A stretch of DNA of 64,000 bases from NCBI GenBank assembly GCA_965232515.1, contig CBDDPY010000002.1, positions 6,624,001-6,688,000 on the forward strand, given 5' to 3'. Numbering within the stretch: the stretch's first letter is position 1; every line of letters starts with the position of its first letter. Position numbers and translations under genes: made by a program. Shown one piece after another: positions 20,461 through 30,005 of this stretch. The notes below the pieces were generated by a model, which was not told the origin of the DNA, ran no database searches, and saw nothing but the letters and a program-made list of their open reading frames with translations. This DNA is from Alphaproteobacteria bacterium. GTDB lineage: Bacteria; Pseudomonadota; Alphaproteobacteria; GCA-2731375.

Positions 20461-20877
20461 TCAGGCGGTCTCGCGGGGCGGTGCGGGCGGGGGCGTCGAT
20501 GGCACCAGCGCATAACGCCCGTCGCCCAGCATGAACTGCGCGACCGCCAACAGGGTCAGGTAGATCGGGTATTCCCAGCCGCCGTTGGCAGAACCGAACA
20601 TCCAGCCGTTGCCCCAATGCGCCCAGGTCGCGCCGGCCAGAACGGGCGCCAGCGTCAATGCCACCCAGCGTGCCTGCACGCCCAGCACCAGCATGACGCC
20701 GCCGGCCGCCTCCATGGCGAACACGACATAGGCGAACCAGCCGGGCAGGCCGATCGACTGAAAGAACTCCGCCGTGCCGGGCAGCGTGAACACCAGCAGC
20801 TTCAGCAGAACGCTGTGAGCGATGAACATCACGCCCAGCAGGAAGGTCGCGGTCTCCCGCAACTGTGTCTCGGTCAT
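20461..20877 (-). CDS. DoxX family membrane protein
   Basis: AH.LLK, GT.FF.SIGLPG, GWMF...GGWEYP. Confidence 0.88.
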   Translation of the reverse strand: MTETQLRETATFLLGVMFIAHSVLLKLLVFTLPGTAEFFQSIGLPGWFAYVVFAMEAAGGVMLVLGVQARWVALTLAPVLAGATWAHWGNGWMFGSANGGWEYPIYLTLLAVAQFMLGDGRYALVPSTPPPAPPRETA

Positions 20878-20898
20878 CGCATGCTCCCTCCCAATTGA

Positions 20899-20957
20899 AT
20901 GCGAATGCATGTAAATTAATGCGAATGCATCCAATGTCAAGCTTGATGCATCTGCAT
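20899..20957. promoter_or_regulatory. Three MarR-type operator sites
   Basis: ATGCGAATGCAT at 20899 and 20919, ATGCATCTGCAT at 20946, between divergent doxX and marR. Confidence 0.65.
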
Positions 20958-20977
20958 CGATCGCTATGTTGTTCGAT

Positions 20978-21433
20978 ATGAGCACCGAACCCGGCAATGA
21001 CGTCATCCGCGTCTGGACGCGGCTGATGCGCGCCCAGCAGACCGCGCTGGCGGAAATCGAAACGGCCCTGAAGCAGGCGGACCTGCCGCCGCTCGCCTGG
21101 TACGACGTGCTGCTGGAGCTTGATCGCGCCGCCCCGGACGGCCTGCGACCTTTCGCGCTCGAACGCGCGCTGCTGCTGCCGCAATACGGCCTGTCGCGCT
21201 TGCTCGACCGGATCGAGGCCGCCGGCTATCTCGAGCGCCGACCTTGTCCGGAGGACGGCCGCGGTCAGATCGTCGTCATCAGCAAATCCGGCAAGGCGCT
21301 ACGCCGGCGCATGTGGCCGGTTTACGCCCGCGCCCTGAACGCGGCCATCGGCGACCGGCTCGCCGCCGCCGAGGCTAAGGCCCTTGCCGCCCTGCTCGAC
21401 AAGCTGCTCGACGCGCCTGCCGGAGCAGACTGA
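20978..21433 (+). CDS. MarR family regulator
   Basis: WYDVLLEL, QYGLSRLLDR, CPEDGRG. Confidence 0.92.
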   Translation: MSTEPGNDVIRVWTRLMRAQQTALAEIETALKQADLPPLAWYDVLLELDRAAPDGLRPFALERALLLPQYGLSRLLDRIEAAGYLERRPCPEDGRGQIVVISKSGKALRRRMWPVYARALNAAIGDRLAAAEAKALAALLDKLLDAPAGAD

Positions 21434-21436
21434 GCG

Positions 21437-22096
21437 TTAGCCGCCCCAGGAATGCGCGACCTTGCGGGCGAGCTCCTGATTGAACAGCCGCTCCATGGAG
21501 ACGCCCAGCGACGGCGTGCGATCGATCACCTTGTGCAGGGCATCCGCCGGCCACTCGATGTATTTCGCGCCGGCCTGCAGGAACACCGTGGCGGACGCCG
21601 GCGTGTTCATCAGAAAGGCGACCTCGCCGATGAAAATGCCGGGCGCCAGTGCGAAAGACCGGCCGTCCTTGATAACCTCGATCCGGCCGTCCAGCACGAA
21701 ATAGAGCTTGGCCACCGATCGCCCCTCCTGCGTCAGCGTCGTCGTCGCCTCGGCCGTGCGCCACGCGGCCAGTCGCATCAGCCGGCGCAGCTCGCCCGGC
21801 GTCAGCGTCTTCATCAGGTTCAGGAAATGCCGCTCGTCCTCGGTCTGGCGGAAGTGCACCCGTTCCCACAGCAGGCGCGCGATGCCGATCAGGTTCGCCG
21901 CGCCCAGCACGGCGCTCCAGAAGATCGCCGCCCACAACGGCTCGTCCGGATAGACGTAGTAGTAGGCCGCGTAGAACACGGTGCCGACCAGGATGAACAG
22001 CCGCAACAACAACTGGCCGCGCAGCAACAGCCCCAGCACCTGCAACAGCGCGGCGACGTGCACCAACCACGCGCTGTTGATCGCCAACTCCGCCAT
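21437..22096 (-). CDS. 3-TM protein with C-terminal cyclic-nucleotide-binding (Popeye-like) domain
   Basis: Three hydrophobic helices then LYFVLDG..., GIFIGEVAF, ASATV. Confidence 0.82.
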   Translation of the reverse strand: MAELAINSAWLVHVAALLQVLGLLLRGQLLLRLFILVGTVFYAAYYYVYPDEPLWAAIFWSAVLGAANLIGIARLLWERVHFRQTEDERHFLNLMKTLTPGELRRLMRLAAWRTAEATTTLTQEGRSVAKLYFVLDGRIEVIKDGRSFALAPGIFIGEVAFLMNTPASATVFLQAGAKYIEWPADALHKVIDRTPSLGVSMERLFNQELARKVAHSWGG

Positions 22097-22263
22097 ACCA
22101 TGCCCTCGACCGTTCGGTGGCCGATCATGGCACGCATCGAAATCCCAAAATGTGGGACAAATCACAGCATTGCCGGTCGTGCACCGGCGGCGATCCGCCC
22201 GGATCGATGCCGATCCGGGCGGTGCCTGACGTCTGCCCTGTGCGGTAACATCGGCCCTTCGCC

Positions 22264-22722
22264 TTAGGCCTTATCCTCGTCGTTGCTGTTGGTCAGCGCG
22301 TCCATCAGCTGGCTGACGAGATCGTTTTCCGAGCTCTGCTGTGATTCAGAACCCGCGCTCAGCAGGTTCATCATCGAGGATTGGCCGAAGCCGGATGCGC
22401 TGAAGCCTTCCTGCGCCGACAACAGGCTCATGAAGGCTTCCGGCGAAAAGCTGCCGCCGGGCGCTTGCGGTCGCTCCGACGCGGTCAGCTGACCGTCGCC
22501 GTCGGCGTCCAGCTTGGCAAACATTTCCTCGGCGCTGGGCGCCCCGGCAGGTTTTGCCGAGCCGAACGGACTGTCGGCCTGAACGCCCTTGAACTCGTCA
22601 AGGGACAGGCCGCCGCTCTTGTCGGCATCAGCCGCTTCGAATTTCGCCATGGCGTTCTCTTGGAAGCGCGCCCGCATGGCGGCGAAATCGAATCCGGCGG
22701 ATGAGACTCCACCTATCGACAT
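22264..22722 (-). CDS. EF-hand calcium-binding protein
   Basis: DADKSGGLSLDEF and DADGDGQLTASE loops; Ser-rich termini. Confidence 0.85.
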   Translation of the reverse strand: MSIGGVSSAGFDFAAMRARFQENAMAKFEAADADKSGGLSLDEFKGVQADSPFGSAKPAGAPSAEEMFAKLDADGDGQLTASERPQAPGGSFSPEAFMSLLSAQEGFSASGFGQSSMMNLLSAGSESQQSSENDLVSQLMDALTNSNDEDKA

Positions 22723-22797
22723 GTGTCGTTTCCTTTCTCGTTGGTGGTCATTCCGCTTGCGGAATGGGTGCCGGACCTCCGGCACCACGAGAATCGC

Positions 22798-22813
22798 TGC
22801 GAGCCATATGCCA
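22798..22813 (-). promoter_or_regulatory. Possible sigma-54 (-24/-12) promoter of the EF-hand gene
   Basis: TGGCATATGGCTCGCA: GG-N10-GC spacing. Confidence 0.4.
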
Positions 22814-22819
22814 TGCACG

Positions 22820-22850
22820 TTTCAAACGACTGTTTGAAACAGGCGTTTGA
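22820..22850. promoter_or_regulatory. TetR operator(s)
   Basis: TTTCAAAC-GACT-GTTTGAAA palindrome overlapping a second TTGAAACAGGCGTTTGA. Confidence 0.6.
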
Positions 22851-22931
22851 ATTTGCGATCCGCCGCGACGGATACGCCCGGCCTGGGGCGTTCAAACATG
22901 TCACCGGTCGGCGTCCGCTCAAGGGGGAGTC

Positions 22932-23585
22932 ATGCGGGAGGCCTATAGTTCACGCACGCGTCAGCGTCTGCTCGAAGCCGCCCGCGAGGTGTTCTCGGAA
23001 TTCGGCTATAACGGCGCCAGCGTGCGCCAGATCGTCTCGCGCGCCGGCACCAACGTGGCCTCGGTCAACTACCACTTCGGCGGCAAGGACGCGCTTTACA
23101 GGGAAGTTTTGGCGTCCGTCACCGCGACCATGTCCGACGACATGACGACGGCGTTGGAACAGCTGGACACCGACCAGGATCCGCTTTCGGCGCTTCACAA
23201 CTTCGCCAAGCAGCGCATCGAGACCGGCCTGAAGCGCCGGCAGTTCGTGCCGCCGCGCCTGATGGGCTGGGAACTGATCTCACCGAAGCTCGGTGTCCGT
23301 GCCATGCTCGAAGGACACATCGCCAACGCCGATGTGCAACTGAAGGCGCTGCTGTCGCCGCTGTTCGGGCCCGAGATCGATGACGCACGGAGGACGCTGG
23401 TGGCGCGTTGGTTTTTCAGCAACACCATGCCGCCGCCGCCCGTCGGCCTCGCCGTCGCCAAGTTGCTTGGCCCGGAGCCGGACGAGGCGGAGCTCGACCG
23501 CGTCTCCACGCGGCTTGCCGATGCCGCTATCGCCGGCCTCCAGGCGCTTGCCGCCTCGCTAGACGGCGAACAATTCGGTCGCTAG
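22932..23585 (+). CDS. TetR family regulator (CerR/CecR-like)
   Basis: TRQRLLEAA, ASVNYHFGGKDALY. Confidence 0.9.
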   Translation: MREAYSSRTRQRLLEAAREVFSEFGYNGASVRQIVSRAGTNVASVNYHFGGKDALYREVLASVTATMSDDMTTALEQLDTDQDPLSALHNFAKQRIETGLKRRQFVPPRLMGWELISPKLGVRAMLEGHIANADVQLKALLSPLFGPEIDDARRTLVARWFFSNTMPPPPVGLAVAKLLGPEPDEAELDRVSTRLADAAIAGLQALAASLDGEQFGR

Positions 23586-24494
23586 TTCGTCGAGCGTGGC
23601 GATGTCGTTAAGCGGGAAGCGTGCGGCGATCGGCTCGAAGACGTCCATCGTATGGTGCTGGGCGAGGCCGATCGCCTGGCGATGCAGGGCGAGGCCCAGC
23701 GCCTTCTGCGCGAAGTCCTTCGCCACCGGCCAGCCGCTCGCGTCCAGGAACGTGGCGAACAGCGCCTTGTCACAGTCGAACATGTCGCGATAGATCTGAA
23801 TCAGCTCGTAGTGCCGGTCGGTCGTCATCGCGTCGCCCCAGTCGATGATCCCGGCGACGCGGCCGTTGTCCACGAACACGTGGTTGGCGCAGAGGTCGCC
23901 GTGCACGAAGACCGTGTCGAACGGACCGAGACGGCCAAGATAATCGTCGATCTGCGCGGCCAGATGCGTCGGCAGCGAGCTCCGCGCCGCAGCTACGGCG
24001 ATGCGCGTGGGCCGCCAGTCCGCCGCCGTCGCGACGCCCATCGGCGGCAGCGCGTGCACGCGCCGGACCAGCCGTCCCAGGTCGACGGCCAGTTCGCGCC
24101 GCTGCTCGGCCGACAGGTCGGCGCGCGGCGATGCGACCCCGGACATGCGGGTGGTGATAAGGTAAGGCCACGGCGCGCTGTCGTCGTCGTAGAGACGGCC
24201 GTCGCCCAACAATCCAGGTGCGGCGATCTCGGAGTCGGTCGCGATCAACTCATGCGCCGCGCGTTCGGCCTCGAAACTCCGGCGCCACGCCTGCGACTGG
24301 CCGAACAGCTTCACCACGACGTCGCCGCAGACGAAGGTAGGGTAGGTGGCGTTGAAGCCGGCGGCAGGCTTCCGGTCCGCGCCGGCCAGGTCGTGGCGCG
24401 CCAGAACCTCGGCAACGTAGGGCGCCCAGAAGCCAGCATCCCCGATGCGCGAAATGTGCTCTTCGAGCGAGGCGAACGTCGGCGGTGCGATCAT
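23559..24494 (-). CDS. Aminoglycoside phosphotransferase family (APH(7'')-like)
   Basis: VVVKLF, WPYL, HGDL...H, IIDWGDA. Confidence 0.85.
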   Translation of the reverse strand: MIAPPTFASLEEHISRIGDAGFWAPYVAEVLARHDLAGADRKPAAGFNATYPTFVCGDVVVKLFGQSQAWRRSFEAERAAHELIATDSEIAAPGLLGDGRLYDDDSAPWPYLITTRMSGVASPRADLSAEQRRELAVDLGRLVRRVHALPPMGVATAADWRPTRIAVAAARSSLPTHLAAQIDDYLGRLGPFDTVFVHGDLCANHVFVDNGRVAGIIDWGDAMTTDRHYELIQIYRDMFDCDKALFATFLDASGWPVAKDFAQKALGLALHRQAIGLAQHHTMDVFEPIAARFPLNDIATLDELATELFAV

Positions 24495-24609
24495 CGGGCT
24501 GGTGTAGTCGCACCTTTCTTTCCGCGCAAGCGCGCGCCATCGGCGTTGCGGACGCGCCGGTGAATCCGCGATCATGCGGGCGGCCGATGACAGTTCCAAA
24601 GGGGCAGAC

Positions 24610-25326
24610 ATGGAAGCGCTTCCGATCCTCGCGCGCGAAACCAGGATCCTGGTGTTCGATCAATACGGCACCATTGTCGACATGCAGACGGGCCTGACCG
24701 AGGCCGCGGCGCCGTTCCTGAAAGAGAAGGGCTGGGACGGCGAGCCGCACCGCTTCGTCACCTGGTGGCGGCGGACGCATTTCGAGAACTCCATGATCGA
24801 CGCGCTCTGCGACCGCGGCCACACGCCCTATCGCCAGATCGGCCACCGCGCCGTCTCCTACGTGATGGACCGCTGCGGCATTGCCTACAGCCAGGCCGAG
24901 GTGCGCTGGCTGGTGGCGCAGATCGAGACCCTGAAGCCGTTCCCCGACGTCGTCGCGGCGCTGCAGGACCTGCGCGACGCCGGATACAAGCTCGCCATCC
25001 TGTCGAACGGCGACCGCGACATGCTGGCGGCGGCGCAGCCGCATATCGGCTTCGCCTTCGACCATGTGATCTCGGTCCAGGAGGCCGGCTACTTCAAGCC
25101 GCACTGGCAGACCTACGCCACCGCCGAGCGCATCACCGGCGAGGACCGTTCGAGCTGCTTGTTCGTCGCCAACCACGCCTTCGACTGCATCGGCGCCAAG
25201 GCCTACGGCATGCGCACGGCCTTCATCGACCGCCGCAAGCGCCCCTTCGGCGAGACCCCGCACCAGCCCGACATCATCGTCGAAGACTTCGCCGCGCTCG
25301 CCGCCGCCCTGGCGCAACAGGCATGA
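24610..25326 (+). CDS. Haloacid dehalogenase type II (HAD)
   Basis: FDQYGT, LSNG, FKP, AFDCIGA. Confidence 0.92.
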   Translation: MEALPILARETRILVFDQYGTIVDMQTGLTEAAAPFLKEKGWDGEPHRFVTWWRRTHFENSMIDALCDRGHTPYRQIGHRAVSYVMDRCGIAYSQAEVRWLVAQIETLKPFPDVVAALQDLRDAGYKLAILSNGDRDMLAAAQPHIGFAFDHVISVQEAGYFKPHWQTYATAERITGEDRSSCLFVANHAFDCIGAKAYGMRTAFIDRRKRPFGETPHQPDIIVEDFAALAAALAQQA

Positions 25327-26126
25327 CGCCGGCCATGTTGAGCAACGAACAAACCCAGGCGGCGAGCGATCTGCTGTGCCGGCATTGGCGCGATGGCACG
25401 GTGCTGACCACGCTGCCCAACGACCTGCGGCCAACGAGCCGCGCCGAGGGCTACGCCATCCAGGCCCATCTCGAAGCCCACGGCGCGCCGCCGCTCTACG
25501 GCTGGAAGATCGCCGCCACCAGCGAAGACGGCCAGCGCCACATCGGCGTCGACGGCCCGATGGCCGGGCGCATTCTGGCCGAGCGCGCGCACGACGACGG
25601 CGCGACCGTGCCGTTCGGCGCCAACCGCATGGCCGTCGCCGAGGCCGAATTCGCGTTCCGCATGGACCGCGATCTGCCACCGCGACCCACGCCCTACGAA
25701 GCAGAAGAAGTGCTGGCCGCCGTCGCCAGCCTGCATCCCGCGATCGAGCTGCCGGACTCGCGGTTCGACGACTTCGCGACGGCGGGCGGGCCGCAGCTCA
25801 TCGCCGACAACGCCTGCGCGCACGAGTTCGTGCTCGGCCCGGCCGCGCCAGACGACTGGCGGTCCCTCGATCTCGCCGCGCATGCCGTCACCGGCACGGT
25901 CGCGGGCAAGCTCGACCGCGACGGTATCGGCGCCAACGTGCTCGGCGATCCGCGCGACGCGCTGGCCTGGCTCGCGAACGAGCTCTCCGCCCTCGGCCTC
26001 ACCCTCAAGGCAGGTCAGGTCGTCACCACCGGCACCTGTCTGACGCCCATGCCCATCGCCGCCGGCGACGCCGTCGCGGCCGACTTCGGACCGCTCGGAA
26101 AGGTCGCGTTGCGTCTCGGTCATTGA
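25323..26126 (+). CDS. 2-keto-4-pentenoate hydratase / FAH family
   Basis: GWKIAAT, EAEFAF, IELPDSR, ADNA, TTGT; ATGA overlap with HAD. Confidence 0.9.
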   Translation: MTPAMLSNEQTQAASDLLCRHWRDGTVLTTLPNDLRPTSRAEGYAIQAHLEAHGAPPLYGWKIAATSEDGQRHIGVDGPMAGRILAERAHDDGATVPFGANRMAVAEAEFAFRMDRDLPPRPTPYEAEEVLAAVASLHPAIELPDSRFDDFATAGGPQLIADNACAHEFVLGPAAPDDWRSLDLAAHAVTGTVAGKLDRDGIGANVLGDPRDALAWLANELSALGLTLKAGQVVTTGTCLTPMPIAAGDAVAADFGPLGKVALRLGH

Positions 26127-26268
26127 CCGTTAAGTGACTGCCACCTAGGATTGCAATCTGGTCCACGCGACCATTCCTGGTGGGGGATCTCAAAACCATC
26201 GATTCCTGCCGGCCTTGCGCCGGCCACGGGAAGCGTTTGTGCTGCAACGATAAGAATTGGAAGGATCT

Positions 26269-27135
26269 ATGTTGGGGACAGTATCTCGTCGCAGAACCGC
26301 GACAACAGGTGCGCGCCTGGCCGCTCTGCTGGTCGGCGCGTCAGTATTCGCCGGTACGGCGGCCCAGGCCGCCACGATCACGGTCACCGAGTTTGCCGCC
26401 GCCGCCGCGGCCGGCGTCTGGGGCGTCACCGACAACCGGGCCGGCGGCACGTCGACCATCGTCAGTCTGAACGGCGCGGGCGGCAATCTCGAGAATGCGG
26501 CCCCGGCGCCGACGGGCGCGGCCCGTCTGACCACCGGCTTGGCCAATGGCGACAAGGCGCAGGTCGGCGTGCTCGGCGATTTCGGCACCGTCCGCTCGAT
26601 CCTGGCCGACAACACCTTCGCGGTCAGCTACGACTACCACAAGGCCTTCGTCGCCGGCGGCAACACGGCGGCCGCGCCGTCGATCAAGTTCAGCTTCTTC
26701 GATCCGAACGATCCTGATGTGGGCATTCCCGGCCGTGGCTTCGGCACGCTCGTCTACGAGCCCTATCTGAATCAGGTGGGCAATCCGACACCGGATGTCT
26801 GGGCCACGGAGAACATCGATGCCGACAACGGCCTGTTCTCCTGGACCGGCGGCTTCGGCCAGCCGAACACGGTCGCGGGCCCGCCGCTGCGCACGCTGAA
26901 CGAATGGGCGGGCGTGCTGGACGCGAACTTCCTGGACGCCACCCTGTTCGACATCAGCGTCGGCGTCGGCACCTTCAACCAGGGCCAGGACGGCTATTTC
27001 GACCTCGTCAGCATCACCCGCGACGGCGTCAACACGACCTGGGACTTCGAGGCCGTGCCCGAGCCCGCCTCGATGACGCTGTTCGGCCTCGGTCTCGCCG
27101 GCCTCGCCTTCGCCCGCCGTCGGCGCAAGGCCTAG
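26269..27135 (+). CDS. PEP-CTERM sorting-domain surface protein
   Basis: Signal peptide (AQA-A); C-terminal VPEPASMTLFGLGLAGLAFARRRRKA. Confidence 0.92.
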   Translation: MLGTVSRRRTATTGARLAALLVGASVFAGTAAQAATITVTEFAAAAAAGVWGVTDNRAGGTSTIVSLNGAGGNLENAAPAPTGAARLTTGLANGDKAQVGVLGDFGTVRSILADNTFAVSYDYHKAFVAGGNTAAAPSIKFSFFDPNDPDVGIPGRGFGTLVYEPYLNQVGNPTPDVWATENIDADNGLFSWTGGFGQPNTVAGPPLRTLNEWAGVLDANFLDATLFDISVGVGTFNQGQDGYFDLVSITRDGVNTTWDFEAVPEPASMTLFGLGLAGLAFARRRRKA

Positions 27136-27159
27136 CGCATCCAACAACCGAACGTCGCC

Positions 27160-27186
27160 GCCCTCTCCCCAAATCGGGGAGGGGGC
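27160..27186. terminator. Stem-loop after the PEP-CTERM gene (terminator or REP-like)
   Basis: GCCCTCTCCCC-AAATC-GGGGAGGGGGC. Confidence 0.45.
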
Positions 27187-27382
27187 GTCGCCGCGCGCGC
27201 CGCGTGCGTTGCCTTGCCGGCAATCCGCGCCATATCCCCTCTCGGGCGCGGGCCGATCGGCGTGCCGCGCGTCCGAACCGTGCGGCTGCCGCGCCGTCAT
27301 GTATCCGTTTGCCGCGAAGCCGCGTAACGACAATGCGCGCCGGGCGCCGCCCCGGCCGCGCGCAATAGCAAGGGGACTTCAC

Positions 27383-27787
27383 ATGACCGTGGATGTGGCC
27401 GAAAAACTGATCAGCTTCCATACGTCGAACTCCGGCGCCGACGATTTCGTGCCGTTCGAATACGAGGAGCCGGGGGTCGGTATGCAGACCTTCGGCGAGA
27501 TCCACCTGATCCGCGCCGGCGGCTCCGGCGACGGCACGCTGCTCGCCGGCATCTGGCGGCTGCAGGAATCGACGACCAGCCCGGTCTACACCTCGGCCGC
27601 CGGCGACGAGACCTTCCTGGTGCTCGAGGGCGAGGTGACGATCCAGGTGCTCGACACCGACGAGACCTTCCACTTCAAGCCCGGCGACATCGGCTCCTGG
27701 TCCAAGGGCACGCGCACGATCTGGGACTTCAAGGCGCCGTTCAAGAAGTTCGTCGTCGTCGCCCACGACCAACCCATGCCCGGCTGA
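27383..27787 (+). CDS. Cupin (EutQ/DUF861-like)
   Basis: GIW, DETFLVLEGEV, PGD...KG...W. Confidence 0.88.
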   Translation: MTVDVAEKLISFHTSNSGADDFVPFEYEEPGVGMQTFGEIHLIRAGGSGDGTLLAGIWRLQESTTSPVYTSAAGDETFLVLEGEVTIQVLDTDETFHFKPGDIGSWSKGTRTIWDFKAPFKKFVVVAHDQPMPG

Positions 27788-27844
27788 GCAATCGCGGTCG
27801 CCCTCCGCCGCGCGGCGAGAGGGCGACCGCGCGTCACCTTTGCG

Positions 27845-29149
27845 TCACCCCTTCGCCGCGTACACCGCCCGCTCGTAGGCGGCATAGACCTGCATGAACT
27901 GCGGCTCCACGAACGGCAGCGACTGCGTCATGATCAGCCCGGCGACGTCGCGCGCCGGATCGAACCAATAGTGCGTGTTGCAGACCCCGGCCCAGCCCTG
28001 CGAGCCGGCGCTGCGCATGCCGGGCACGTCCTGCTCGACCCGCAGGAAGGCGAAGCTGTGCGTCTTGTCCGTGCCTGGGAACAGATCGACGTCGGCGCTG
28101 ATCGGCGGCACGTAGGTGGTCATGCGCCCGATCCGGATATCGCCGATATGGTTCTCCAACATGGCGTCGACCGCGCCCTCGCTCAGCACGCGCTCCCCGT
28201 CGAGCTGCCCCCGGTTCAGGAACATGCGCAGGAAGCGCATGTAGTCCGGCGCCGTCGAATAGAGCGCGTGGCCCATGCCGTAGAATTCCGGCTGCGGCGG
28301 CGGCGCCAGCTCGAACGGCGCGAAGTTGCCGTCCTCGCCGCGTAGATAAACCGTGCAAAGGCGGCCCGCCCTGTCGCCGTCGACCTCGAACACCGTGTCT
28401 TTCATGCCCAGCTTGTCGAAGATCTCGGCCTGACAGAAGGCGTCGACGCGCCGGCCGTCCACGGCCTCGACCACCTGGCCCAGCCAGTCGATACCGATGC
28501 CGTAGTCCCAGCGCGCGCCCGGATCGAACACCATCGGCGTCATCAGGCCCTGCTTCTGGCCGGTGATCACCCCGGGCGCCTCCGTCACCTGCATGTATTT
28601 CTGCATGTCGGCGTTCCAGACGTCGTAAACCAGGCCCGAGGTGTGCGTCGTCAGATGCCGGATCGTCGCCTTGGTCTTCGGCGCTCGTAAAACAGGCGTA
28701 TCGCCGTCGAACCCGTCCAACACTTTCATGTCGGCGAACTGCGGCAGCACGCTCTCGACCGGCGTGTCGACCTCCAGCTTGCCCTGGTCGATCAGGATCA
28801 TCGCCGCGGTCGAGCCGACGGCCTTGGTCATCGAATAGATTCGAAACATCGTATCGAGCGTCGCCGGCGCGCCTTCGCTGCGGTCGCCGGCCGTGCCCGT
28901 CCAGTTGACGCCGGCCGCATCGCCCCACATCGCCACCGCGAACGGCACGTCGTTCTTAGCCACCGCGTCGGCCAGGACGCCGTCGAGCCCGTGCGCGCCG
29001 TGCGAGGCCGCCCGCGCCGCGCCGCCGAACGGCCGCCCGCCCAGTACCGCGCCGGCGCCCACTGCCGCCGCGCCGGCCATGAATCCCCGCCGGCCCAGCG
29101 ATCCGCGTGCCGGCATCGAATATCCCGTTTCCTGCTTTGTCTTGGACAT
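27845..29149 (-). CDS. Tat-exported serine hydrolase/esterase (family VIII-like)
   Basis: GRRGFM Tat motif, IYSMTK, LTTHTSG, WDYG, WAG. Confidence 0.9.
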   Translation of the reverse strand: MSKTKQETGYSMPARGSLGRRGFMAGAAAVGAGAVLGGRPFGGAARAASHGAHGLDGVLADAVAKNDVPFAVAMWGDAAGVNWTGTAGDRSEGAPATLDTMFRIYSMTKAVGSTAAMILIDQGKLEVDTPVESVLPQFADMKVLDGFDGDTPVLRAPKTKATIRHLTTHTSGLVYDVWNADMQKYMQVTEAPGVITGQKQGLMTPMVFDPGARWDYGIGIDWLGQVVEAVDGRRVDAFCQAEIFDKLGMKDTVFEVDGDRAGRLCTVYLRGEDGNFAPFELAPPPQPEFYGMGHALYSTAPDYMRFLRMFLNRGQLDGERVLSEGAVDAMLENHIGDIRIGRMTTYVPPISADVDLFPGTDKTHSFAFLRVEQDVPGMRSAGSQGWAGVCNTHYWFDPARDVAGLIMTQSLPFVEPQFMQVYAAYERAVYAAKG

Positions 29150-29239
29150 GTCCCCGCTCCCCTGATTGTCGTCGGGGCGCGTTGCGCGACGCCCCTGGGC
29201 AAAGGATAGCAGGTGTCCGCGCGGAGTGTGACCAGCGTG

Positions 29240-29350
29240 TCAGGCCGTCGTCAGCCGCCGCGTGTGGCGGGCGATCATCGCTTCCTCGTCCGTCGGCACG
29301 ACAAAGGCTTGCACGCGGGACGGGTCGGTTGAGATCACCGGCTCGGCGGC
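29240..29350 (-). pseudogene. Orphan duplicate of the ackA 3' end (36 codons)
   Basis: Translates AAEPVISTDPSRVQAFVVPTDEEAMIARHTRRLTTA*; about 11 mismatches in 111 bp against 31444-31554 (hand count). Confidence 0.9.
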
Positions 29351-29351
29351 G

Positions 29352-29918
29352 TCAGTCGTCGCGCAGGAAGGCGTCGGAGTGCAGCCAGGACAGCACATCC
29401 CGGAACGCCGCCTGCTCGCCCAGGCCGCGGCAGACGATCAGCGCGCCCTGGATCCGGACCACCGCGTCCATCGCTCGCTGCCGGGCCCGCGCCCTCGGCA
29501 GCCCGGCGTCGCGCAGCACCGTTGCCAGCGCGTCGATCCAGCTGTCGAAGATGCGCTTGACCACGACGTCGGCGGCGCGATCGGTTTCGCCCAGCGCGAG
29601 TACGCCCAGGATGCAACCCGACGCGCCCCGATCGTAGTAGCCGTTCAGAAACCGGGTCATCAGCCGGATGCGTTTGGCCGGCGGTCCGGCCTCGCGCATC
29701 GGCCGCAGCACGGCGCGCTCGAACTGCTCCTCGGTGTCTTCCAGAACGGCCAGCAGCATGTCGGCTTTGCCGTTCGGAAAATAGTAGTAGAGGCTGCCGC
29801 GCGGCAGCTTGGTGGCGGCGCAGATCCGCCGCAGCGTCGCGCCCTCGTAGCCGTGGTCGCGGAACTGCCGGTTCAGCGTCGCCATGACGCGCGCGCGGTC
29901 GGGGATCGGCGGGGACAT
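29352..29918 (-). CDS. TetR family regulator (LmrA/YxaF-like)
   Basis: GSLYYYFPNGK, GCILG, IQGAL. Confidence 0.9.
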   Translation of the reverse strand: MSPPIPDRARVMATLNRQFRDHGYEGATLRRICAATKLPRGSLYYYFPNGKADMLLAVLEDTEEQFERAVLRPMREAGPPAKRIRLMTRFLNGYYDRGASGCILGVLALGETDRAADVVVKRIFDSWIDALATVLRDAGLPRARARQRAMDAVVRIQGALIVCRGLGEQAAFRDVLSWLHSDAFLRDD

Positions 29919-30005
29919 CGGTTACTCGATACGTCAGGTTTCTCTTGCCGCCGTCACATATCAACCGACGCGGCCCCGGGCAACAGCGCGGGGCCGCCGC
30001 GCCGG

